Source of the DNA: Bacteroidales bacterium
GTDB taxonomy: Bacteria; Bacteroidota; Bacteroidia; Bacteroidales; P3
Direction: 5' to 3'
Assembly (NCBI GenBank): GCA_017509045.1
Contig: JAFWQP010000044.1
Span: 1,499-65,498 of the forward strand
DNA length: 64,000 nt
A program made the translations under genes and the position numbers. This document shows, in pieces, positions 55,714-63,217 of this stretch. Numbering within the stretch: position 1 is the stretch's first letter; the number at the start of each line of letters is the position of its first letter. A model generated the notes under the pieces. It had not been told where the DNA came from, did no database searches, and saw nothing but the letters and a program-made list of their open reading frames with translations.

Positions 55714-57012
55714 TTACGGATTAATTGTGTGCTGACGTCGCTGAATACTGTGTCTTCGACTTGTTTCATCATTAATTTCAAGTGGTGAATTAATGTCTAT
55801 TGACTCTGGGTTGCATGGTGCCGAACTTGTCACTGTCATTCCACTGGCACGGAGATCTTCTAGTATTTCTTTCTCAAGAGTATCGAGTAGCTTTTGGTCA
55901 ATATAAGCACCACTGTCTACTCTCACAAGCGTATGAACATCCCCTTGTTCCTTGCCTGGACTGACTATTATTTCAACAATGGCCTTGTCAGACTGACGTA
56001 GCATTCTCAGGATGTAACTTTCTCGTTCATCATTGTGGACGAAACCTTCTGTAATAACTTGAAAATAATAGTCAGAAGACAAAATATCCCTTATGAAATC
56101 AGCTTGCTGATGTCGCAAAATGGATAGTTTGATTTCGGAGACGGTAGATGCTGCTTGCAATTCCTGCATTTTCTTCAATTCCACGAGACGAGTTAGGTCG
56201 GATTGTAATTGTTGCATTGAATAGGATGGCTGCAGATTAGCCGATTCCAACCTTCTTCTAATCTCGTTCAGTTCATCCTCTATTAATTTGTACTGTCCGT
56301 CAGTCCAATAATCAATATTGCTGGCGTGATGCTTCTCGTCGCCAAAAACAAAGGTGTTGTTGCGGTGTCCAGCCGCATCCGACAACATGGTATTTGACAA
56401 TTCTAGAGCCTCATTGAGTGTGTCATAGAATCGTATTCGTGCACTAGTGACCTCGCTGTCAGAAAGAAGTAAATCTGTCATGGCAGATTGCAACCTAGCA
56501 CGTTTGGCAAGAGGATTCATCTCTACAGAGGTTGCCTGATGAAGTGCGGCATCCACATTTAGAAGTCGTTGACTGGCAAATCTTTGGTAGTCTACATCTG
56601 ATTTAGCAATGCTAAATTCAATTTGTATTTGCTGATACAATTGTTCGGCATCTGAATAGTTGGCTGCTATCTGATTTGTTATGTCCGCCACATGTCTGGT
56701 GGATCTATCAATCTGTTCTTGCAATAGCTGTACTGAAGATGCCACTTGATTAATGTCTCCAACAATTTGATTATATTTTTTGATTCCCCTTCTTTCAATT
56801 TCATGCAAGGTATTGATATGGTGCTTCCGTTGTTCAGAAATATGCTGGTCTGTTTGCCCGATTCCATCCTGTATCTGTTTGAAAATAGCTTGTGCGCGAT
56901 TGACGGCTTGATCCATTACCCGTTTAGAAGCTTCGCCAGACCGTAGTCTTTCTATTTCATCCGTTATTGCAATATATTGCTCCGACTTAATTTTTGTTGT
57001 GTTTTCACTCAT
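55714..57012 (-). CDS. Coiled-coil protein, paralog B (island gene 8)
   Basis: 432 aa. Shares with paralog A the order coiled coil, IDYWT motif, helix, YYF-containing alpha/beta C-terminal domain. Confidence 0.6.
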   Translation of the reverse strand: MSENTTKIKSEQYIAITDEIERLRSGEASKRVMDQAVNRAQAIFKQIQDGIGQTDQHISEQRKHHINTLHEIERRGIKKYNQIVGDINQVASSVQLLQEQIDRSTRHVADITNQIAANYSDAEQLYQQIQIEFSIAKSDVDYQRFASQRLLNVDAALHQATSVEMNPLAKRARLQSAMTDLLLSDSEVTSARIRFYDTLNEALELSNTMLSDAAGHRNNTFVFGDEKHHASNIDYWTDGQYKLIEDELNEIRRRLESANLQPSYSMQQLQSDLTRLVELKKMQELQAASTVSEIKLSILRHQQADFIRDILSSDYYFQVITEGFVHNDERESYILRMLRQSDKAIVEIIVSPGKEQGDVHTLVRVDSGAYIDQKLLDTLEKEILEDLRASGMTVTSSAPCNPESIDINSPLEINDETSRRHSIQRRQHTINP

Positions 57013-57036
57013 GATAATTAATTGTATTATATATTG

Positions 57037-58398
57037 TTAATGAAAAAGTTTTTGAGCCTTAAGATGTTCTGATAAGTGTATTCTGTCTGTAGAGGGCACA
57101 ATCTCATCTTCATCCTGTTGTGACGAAAATGTTTGCCCTCTCTTTTCTGTTTCCGACAAGACTATTCCAAGATCTAAGAGAGTTTTTTTGATATCATCAT
57201 ATAACTTTTGTTCAATATTATAATCAATATATCTATTATATGCATAATGACAAATCGTATCTATATTATCACTTCCATGGACGGGATTTAGGACCAATCT
57301 TAAGTTTATGTTTAGCGCGGGATTATTAAGGTATACCACATAGCCCAATCGGTCATCGTCGTCATCGTACCCATCAAGTGTAAGCGTAAAGTAATATTGA
57401 CGTACAAGCTCGGAAGTTGCCAACAGAGCAAGCTGGACTCTGGTTTTCGAATTCCGCAATGAAGTTATTGCAAGTGGTACAATACGGTCTATCCGTTCTA
57501 TCTGTCCTTTCAACAATTCGCGGTCTTGCCTTAGGTTTTCGACCATGTACCCTGGAGTGATTGTCGAATTTCTCATTCTTGGAACTATCACTTCCCGGAT
57601 ATAGTGTACTAAGCTGGAGAATTCGTTGTATGTCCAATAATCAATATCGATTTTTTCCTGCGGGTTGTCAGAGTCACTGTCATAATACAAATCATTTTCA
57701 TAATGACTTATTAATTGTAATGCTTGGTCGATTTGTCCATTGGCTTGTGCCAATTCGCTCAAGTATTCAATGCGTTTATGGTCCACCTCTTTTTGCCCTG
57801 CCTTAATGACTGTCATGATGTCCAATGCTATTGTCTGAAGAACAACTGCGGGAGATGTGTTGTTAATCTGATTGACTTTGAGAACCAACTCATTCAAGTC
57901 TCGCACGTTATATTTCTTCCAATAAGGATCTTCTTTTATGGAGTCGAACATCTCTATTGCCTGTTGGCAATTGAGATGTGCAATTTGTTTGTCTCGATCT
58001 GCTTCACGTTCTATTGCATCAATGTTTCGTTTTAGTTCTTGTTGTTGCTCTTGTTGCCGTTTTATTTGCTGCCTTATGTTTGATATTTCTTTTGCTAACA
58101 AGTCGTACTGTTTCTTCCCTTCAGAATACAGTCTATTTAACTCTTCTTCGCATTCTGCCAGTATTTGATCAATTACAGTCTGGTATTGTTGTCGTTCTCT
58201 ATCCCAAGTTTGCTGCATTTGGGCAATGAGATCAAGCATTCTTTGGGGATTCGCCTTTTGTGGTTTCTTACGAAGAACAGACAACTCATGCATGAGTCTA
58301 TCATAAGCATTATTGTCCAGATAAATATCGCTGTGGGTTTCTGGATTCCAATGCCCCCATATATATCTGTCATATTCGCTTCTGGTTCGTTTAGCCAT
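57037..58398 (-). CDS. Coiled-coil protein, paralog A (island gene 7)
   Basis: 453 aa. Contains IDIDYWTYNEF and ...VRQYYFTLTLDGY, compared with NIDYWTDGQY and ...SSDYYFQVITEGF in paralog B. Confidence 0.6.
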   Translation of the reverse strand: MAKRTRSEYDRYIWGHWNPETHSDIYLDNNAYDRLMHELSVLRKKPQKANPQRMLDLIAQMQQTWDRERQQYQTVIDQILAECEEELNRLYSEGKKQYDLLAKEISNIRQQIKRQQEQQQELKRNIDAIEREADRDKQIAHLNCQQAIEMFDSIKEDPYWKKYNVRDLNELVLKVNQINNTSPAVVLQTIALDIMTVIKAGQKEVDHKRIEYLSELAQANGQIDQALQLISHYENDLYYDSDSDNPQEKIDIDYWTYNEFSSLVHYIREVIVPRMRNSTITPGYMVENLRQDRELLKGQIERIDRIVPLAITSLRNSKTRVQLALLATSELVRQYYFTLTLDGYDDDDDRLGYVVYLNNPALNINLRLVLNPVHGSDNIDTICHYAYNRYIDYNIEQKLYDDIKKTLLDLGIVLSETEKRGQTFSSQQDEDEIVPSTDRIHLSEHLKAQKLFH

Positions 58399-58414
58399 AT
58401 AATGATAGTTTGTT

Positions 58415-59008
58415 TTAAATGTATTTTTCCCGTGGTGGTGCGATACCTACCGATATCATCTCCTCGTCGGAAAGGAGAAATAGTTGGCGTCTGGGATGAG
58501 GATGGCTTTCGAGTTCTTTCGCAAATGGTTGCAGACGTTCCGTAAAAAAATAGTATTTCTGGTTGGAACTGCCTCTTAGTCCTAAGTCATCGTTCAGGCT
58601 ATCAATATACGGTCCGTCTATAAGCAAGTCGACCAAGGTGGAAAGTTTAGAGCGTATGTTGTTGTCTATTTCGTCAAACAAAAATCCTGTGAAGAGAATG
58701 ATGTCCCATTCGGGGAGGAAAATACGAACATCTTGCAAAAGTGAAAATACAGACTGAGCCTGAATTAGTGGTTCTCCCCCACTAACGGTTAATCCACTGC
58801 AGTTACTCTGTTTCATGAGTTCAATTAACTCGACAGTTGAGTAGAATACACCTCCAGTCGTAGACTGCAAGTTTGGTGATGCGCAGCGAAAGCAACTACG
58901 ATTACACCCTTTTGTCCATAGCACGAAACGGTTGCCTGGTCCAAGAGAGTTTACTGGAAAGCAATAATATCCAATTTTGATTCTATATTCAAGTGGTTTA
59001 TTATTCAT
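58415..59008 (-). CDS. NrdG-like radical SAM activating enzyme (island gene 6)
   Basis: SLGPGNRFVLWTKGCNRSCFRCASP (CX3CX2C), SGGEPL, ILFTGFLFDEI and DGPYIDSLNDDLGLRGSSNQ. These parallel E. coli NrdG GPG..C..CPGC, SGGDP, VWTGYKLDEL and RGSSNQ as I recall them. Confidence 0.82.
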   Translation of the reverse strand: MNNKPLEYRIKIGYYCFPVNSLGPGNRFVLWTKGCNRSCFRCASPNLQSTTGGVFYSTVELIELMKQSNCSGLTVSGGEPLIQAQSVFSLLQDVRIFLPEWDIILFTGFLFDEIDNNIRSKLSTLVDLLIDGPYIDSLNDDLGLRGSSNQKYYFFTERLQPFAKELESHPHPRRQLFLLSDEEMISVGIAPPREKYI

Positions 59009-59037
59009 CTAGACCAATTTGGTTAATTGGATGTACA

Positions 59038-59541
59038 CTAGTAACTGAGAGATTCCATTGGCAGATTTCTACGTTTATTCACCTCTTCTTTTAAAATCTC
59101 TTCAACTGAGGATAGCTTCGATTCGATTTCAGAGAAAATGTTTTTTATTGCATCATTGTCTTTTAGATTATCCAACTGTTCAGAAACTTTTTTGACGAGT
59201 TCTTCGTGTTGCCGTATTCCTGACATTCGGTCATCGCATGCCGTGATAACCTCATTCCACTCTTTGTTTTTCAAATTAATGATGTTATTTTGTCTTTCTA
59301 TTTGTATCTTTATCATATCAGCAAAACGAGATTCTAGATCACAGAGATTTTGTTCATTAAGAGCAGCGTTTGAATACTCGGCCAAAATCTTTAATGCAAA
59401 CAAACGATGCAACGCATCATCATCTTTCAGCAAGAGATTTACAATATTATGAATCTGACCCTCAATATCAGAAAGTGTCAGTGTTGAGATTTCAGGCAGA
59501 TTCTCAATTAGAGATTCTATTTGATTTTGAATTGTAGACAT
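59038..59541 (-). CDS. Small coiled-coil protein (island gene 5)
   Basis: 167 aa, largely helical and heptad-like, with no recognisable motif. Confidence 0.5.
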   Translation of the reverse strand: MSTIQNQIESLIENLPEISTLTLSDIEGQIHNIVNLLLKDDDALHRLFALKILAEYSNAALNEQNLCDLESRFADMIKIQIERQNNIINLKNKEWNEVITACDDRMSGIRQHEELVKKVSEQLDNLKDNDAIKNIFSEIESKLSSVEEILKEEVNKRRNLPMESLSY

Positions 59542-59611
59542 GTGTGTGTCATTTATTGTTACTATTGGGTTATTTGCTATATCGTTTTAAAAAATGACAA
59601 AAGTCTAAAAA

Positions 59612-60700
59612 TCATACCATTAATAAATCTTTGGTATTAGTTTCGTTTTCTGGAAACTTGACATCGTTTGATTGAGCTGAATTAATATCGGCAGTATCAT
59701 CTTTTTCATTAGTATCTGTGTTTGGAGTTATAACTTCATTATTGGGAAACAATACAACATCTTTGTTTAGTTCATTAGACGTAGTAATGTTAATTACGGT
59801 TTGTCCAAATACGTTTGTAGTACTATGTAGAGAAAAACAGAAGTATTTTACGCCTGACATCTCAATGTTGGGTACGGAATCATACACAAATTGCGACAGC
59901 GGGACTTTGGGTAAAAGGAAAAGATAATCCATATCTGTACCGTCAGGGACATACACAAGTTGTGTCGTTTCTGGTGTTAAGTAGCCATGGTGAATATCTG
60001 ATTCAGATACTGATGTCATTAGGCAAACTCGGTGATTAGATGGCACAGCACACATTTCTCTGCGGAATTCGGAAATAAGCTCATTGCTACAACAATCGAA
60101 TGGCGTTTTTTGAATTAGCAGCGATACTGTTGCACGTACCTGAAGTGCGAATGCCAGAGGTAATATCCTGCCGTCCTCTGACAGAATGATGACTTCTGCA
60201 TCAGTCGGCAAAGAACTTACTGCCTTGCTGCAAGAGTCCAATAATTGGTGAAATTTTATCTCGCTCGAATCATTAACGAACAATTCGTCGTACTTCTCAT
60301 CGTATCGTATTTTCCGCAACGGTTCATCCGGATAATGTCTAAAACACATTTTCCACCATTTGTCAGTACGAACCACGTCATATAGTTCACCAAGAATACC
60401 ATACAGCTCAGTCAACGCCTTTGGCATTGTTGGAAAAGAAACATTGAAATTGCCCTGTCCAATTGATTCTGAAAAAGGAATAAAATTGAAAGCGATAGTT
60501 TCCAACCTGTTTTTTAATGATAGAAATAATAAAATATTTTTGTTCGAAATATTCTCACAAAGGCCATTCTTCCATAGGATTGCCAATGCCGCTTCGGAAC
60601 TATGTACCACCCCACAATTCGACTCTCCGTTTGAGCAAGTGGAGGTTGGTAACTGCCTTAGCCATTGGCAATAATTGCTATATTCGTTTATTAGTCTCAT
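59612..60700 (-). CDS. Hypothetical protein with an N/T/D-rich tail (island gene 4)
   Basis: 362 aa with no motif I recognise. The last ~60 aa are low-complexity (NNEVITPNTDTNEKDDTADINSAQSND). Confidence 0.5.
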   Translation of the reverse strand: MRLINEYSNYCQWLRQLPTSTCSNGESNCGVVHSSEAALAILWKNGLCENISNKNILLFLSLKNRLETIAFNFIPFSESIGQGNFNVSFPTMPKALTELYGILGELYDVVRTDKWWKMCFRHYPDEPLRKIRYDEKYDELFVNDSSEIKFHQLLDSCSKAVSSLPTDAEVIILSEDGRILPLAFALQVRATVSLLIQKTPFDCCSNELISEFRREMCAVPSNHRVCLMTSVSESDIHHGYLTPETTQLVYVPDGTDMDYLFLLPKVPLSQFVYDSVPNIEMSGVKYFCFSLHSTTNVFGQTVINITTSNELNKDVVLFPNNEVITPNTDTNEKDDTADINSAQSNDVKFPENETNTKDLLMV

Positions 60701-60728
60701 CGTTATTTTCTATATGTAATACAACAGA

Positions 60729-61007
60729 TCATGTTAATAGTTCCATTATTTCCCTTGCATTCCGTTTGCTAAAACCACATGCACGCACTTCTTTGCCGCC
60801 AGTACTTTCAATTATGATATCTGCGAACAGAAGTCCCGCAGCAATTCGTACACTTGATATGTTCGCCTTAGCGATGAATGCTTGTCGATAACCAACTATT
60901 GTCCCTTTGAAATAGGTGACATTACCATTTTCATCATCTATTTCTAAGCGGTCTGGGAATACAACATTGTCGTTCCCTGATATTCTGCTGGCCACGTATG
61001 TTGGCAT
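60729..61007 (-). CDS. Small protein, possibly a bacterial PH-like (bPH) domain (island gene 3)
   Basis: 92 aa. ...ISSVRIAAGLLFADIIIESTGGKEVRACGFSKRNAREIMELL resembles the YdbS/YdbT-type bPH C-terminal strand-helix pattern. Tentative. Confidence 0.4.
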   Translation of the reverse strand: MPTYVASRISGNDNVVFPDRLEIDDENGNVTYFKGTIVGYRQAFIAKANISSVRIAAGLLFADIIIESTGGKEVRACGFSKRNAREIMELLT

Positions 61008-61008
61008 A

Positions 61009-61299
61009 TTAAGGTTGTTTTGAGAGTTCTATGAAATAGTATATAACTTTAAAGAAGTGTATAATGAATGCGAATGCGGCGGTTACTAAACCCAATGTAA
61101 AAAACAAGAGCATCTTTAAAACGACCCCTACTCCCTCATACTTCATAAATGATGTTCCTTCAAACAAGTTCGTCATCCAAATTGGGCGCACACTTTCCAT
61201 AAAGAGAGCAGCTAGCCCTAATGTGAGAACTACAATTAGCGAAGACTTCCTTTTCTCACGGATTTCTTCTGAATAAACATTGACGGGCAGAACAATCAA
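61009..61299 (-). CDS. Two-TM small membrane protein (island gene 2)
   Basis: TM segments SLIVVLTLGLAALF and LLFFTLGLVTAAFAFIIHFF. A 1-nt gap separates it from the next gene. Confidence 0.5.
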   Translation of the reverse strand: MIVLPVNVYSEEIREKRKSSLIVVLTLGLAALFMESVRPIWMTNLFEGTSFMKYEGVGVVLKMLLFFTLGLVTAAFAFIIHFFKVIYYFIELSKQP

Positions 61300-61532
61300 T
61301 CATATGGATAATACTTATATACCCCTTGATGCTCTTGACATAAACTTGCTGCAAGTTCTGGATCCGAACAGTATTCCATGATGCTGATGACAGATTCATC
61401 ACCGTACCGTCCCTCAAAATAGAGTTTGTCTGAATCTTGGTAATCTTGATACATTTTGTTATACAAATGATTCTTAGCATCCTCGTATTTTTGTTCTGAT
61501 GGGAAAAAATATGTGCTTCTTCTTTTTGACAT
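61296..61532 (-). CDS. Small Tyr-rich protein (island gene 1)
   Basis: 78 aa, first ORF of the operon, with a 4-nt overlap with gene 2. Confidence 0.4.
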   Translation of the reverse strand: MSKRRSTYFFPSEQKYEDAKNHLYNKMYQDYQDSDKLYFEGRYGDESVISIMEYCSDPELAASLCQEHQGVYKYYPYD

Positions 61533-61545
61533 AATATTTATTTCT

Positions 61546-61557
61546 ATCTAGCTAGAT
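61546..61557. promoter_or_regulatory. Perfect 12-bp palindrome atctagctagat just upstream of the first island gene
   Basis: Lies 14 nt upstream of the ATG at 61532. Possible operator. Confidence 0.25.
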
Positions 61558-61632
61558 TATACAGGGGACTTCTAATTCAATTCCTCCGAATCTGTTGAAG
61601 TCGGTTAAACATGGTTCGTCTGAATCACGATG

Positions 61633-61640
61633 CAAAATTA
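61633..61640 (-). promoter_or_regulatory. Candidate -7 box (TAATTTTG on the minus strand) for the island operon
   Basis: Plus-strand caaaatta, about 100 nt upstream of the ATG at 61532. I saw no clear -33 TTTG. Confidence 0.35.
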
Positions 61641-61828
61641 CAACTTTTTTTTGAATATTTGTAGTCTTTTCTCTTCTTTTTTTTGTTGATAGTAGTAAAA
61701 GTGTTAACAATTAGTGTTTTGTAAATTCCAGTACGCATCTGCTTACATGATTAATTCACATAAGTTTGTCTTGTGAACCAAGTCCTTTGGGGTGTCTTGA
61801 ACGGAATTAACTTGACACATTTTTGCAC

Positions 61829-61982
61829 AAAAAAGGGTCTAAGGGCCATTTTGCAGGCTGGGACAAGTCACTAACGCATATATATATATATATATTAGGC
61901 GTTTCAAGCAATTCAAAACAATTTGACAAAAAAATGCTTGAGAAAAAAGCTCTATGGGTCATTTTTCAGGCAGGGACTTGCC
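61829..61982 (+). repeat. Two ~40-bp imperfect direct repeats separated by an (AT)9 microsatellite
   Basis: aaaaaagggtctaagggccattttgcaggctgggacaagtc (61829) against aaaaaagctctatgggtcatttttcaggcagggacttgcc (61943). (at)9 at 61878-61895. Confidence 0.65.
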
Positions 61983-62000
61983 TGAATGTAAGGGATTGCG

Positions 62001-62008
62001 TATCTTTG
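62001..62008 (+). promoter_or_regulatory. -7 box (TATCTTTG) upstream of the transposase remnant
   Basis: Exact TAnnTTTG, 68 nt upstream of the ATG at 62076. Confidence 0.4.
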
Positions 62009-62075
62009 CAGAAATATAAATGTACGATATGCACAAAAAAAAGTTCGTCCTGTGGGTCGTAAATAACCAAAAGAA

Positions 62076-62760
62076 ATGGTGTCAGAAATGAAGTCAGAAG
62101 AGGAATACGGTTGTACAAATGCCAGACGTGCGAATACCAGTTCCGGGCAGAAAGGAGAGGTGTCAGACGAGGAACTTTGGACTATGTACATGGACGGGAA
62201 ACATACGATAGAGGAATTGGCGTGTGCTACAGGTATCATCCGTTCCACAATGAAGCGTCGCTTTAAACGCATAGAGAAGGATTCGGGGCAGCCCAGTCTT
62301 TCTGGAGGGGGGCGTCCATATCGACGCCACCTACTGGAGCACAACTGGGGAATCATTCTGGCGATTGACGACGCCACATCCACTGTGTTGTACCTGTCCT
62401 TCCTCTGGTATGAGACTGTCGAGGACTACTTCACAGCCATCGTCTCAATCGAGGAGCGCGGATACGTCATCAGGGGCATTGTGTTCGATGAAATGCAAAA
62501 CCTGTTCAAGGAGTTTTCGCGATACAACCTGTAGATGAGCCATTTCCTCATGATATGCATCACCCGTAAGTATTTGACGAAAAATCTGAGGCTGCGCACC
62601 GTAAAAGAGTTGAAACGCATAGCGTTCACCATCACCGACACGGACAAGGACACTTTCGAGAGGGAGCTTCTCGACAGGAAAAAGGCTTTCGCCGCTACCA
62701 TCAACAGGCGCTCTGTATCAAAGCGCACTGGTGAGGGCCATTACAAAAAAACGTCGTGGC
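62076..62760 (+). pseudogene. Degenerate transposase-like gene, interrupted by a frame shift and an in-frame stop
   Basis: N-terminal HTH-like segment (IEELACATGIIRSTMKRRFKR). HIDATYW is readable in another frame at about 62316, then ...GIILAIDDATSTVLYLSFLWYETVEDY...IRGIVFDEMQNLFKEF, a TAG at 62532, and it continues as MSHFLMICITRKYLTKNLRL. The family is not identified. Confidence 0.4.
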
Positions 62761-62797
62761 CGTATTCTCAGCATAGTGCCACTACGGTCGGCAGTGG

Positions 62798-63073
62798 CTA
62801 TTTTTTGCCCATCATGCCGCCGGCGAAGTTCTTCAACTGTTTGGTTAGCTCGGCTTTCTCGGCATCGGTCAGTTTTTTGTCCTTCAAGGCATCAACGGCT
62901 GTAGAGATGAGGTGCTGCACCTCGTTTTCGTTCTTGGCACTGGCCAGTTTGGTCATAAACTCCTTGTTGCCGGTCAGCGACTTCAGAATTTCCATGATGT
63001 TGGCATTGCCCAGTAGAGCTTCGGCCTGCTGGATAATGTTCTTGTTACCAAGTAATTTGTCGAATAAACCCAT
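62798..63073 (-). CDS. Small helical protein of unknown function
   Basis: 91 aa, with its own -7 box upstream and core-like GC content. Confidence 0.5.
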   Translation of the reverse strand: MGLFDKLLGNKNIIQQAEALLGNANIMEILKSLTGNKEFMTKLASAKNENEVQHLISTAVDALKDKKLTDAEKAELTKQLKNFAGGMMGKK

Positions 63074-63099
63074 GACTAATTGTTTTTAAATTCCGTTTG

Positions 63100-63107
63100 C
63101 AAATATA
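63100..63107 (-). promoter_or_regulatory. -7 box (TATATTTG on the minus strand)
   Basis: Plus-strand caaatata, 27 nt upstream of the ATG at 63073. Confidence 0.5.
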
Positions 63108-63183
63108 CAAATAAAAAAACACTTCTAAGTGTTAAAAAAGTAGTCAAAAGAAAAAAAAAGTGTCATATTTTAAAAAAAAAAAG

Positions 63184-63191
63184 TATATTTG
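63184..63191 (+). promoter_or_regulatory. -7 box (TATATTTG)
   Basis: Exact TAnnTTTG, 27 nt upstream of the ATG at 63218. Confidence 0.5.
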
Positions 63192-63217
63192 CAACGGTAT
63201 TACAAACAACTGTAGCT

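Noticed and set aside
55698-55781. Upstream TTG start of the AAA+ gene, overlapping the preceding gene by 68 nt
   Set aside because: It is a non-ATG start with a long overlap. The ATG at 55697 gives a 16-nt gap, consistent with the spacing elsewhere in the operon. This is not excluded experimentally.
60729-61007. VRACGF near the C-terminus of the 92-aa protein as a glycyl-radical site for the orphan NrdG-like activase
   Set aside because: It does not satisfy the glycyl-radical signature as I remember it ([STIV]-x-R-[IVT]-[CSA]-G-Y). The surrounding pattern fits a bPH-like strand-helix better. It is worth one look in a structural model but is not supportable from sequence.
62535-63089. 184-aa plus-strand ORF
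   Set aside because: Only its first ~75 codons continue the transposase-like remnant. The rest is antisense to the better-supported 62798-63073 gene, which has its own -7 box.
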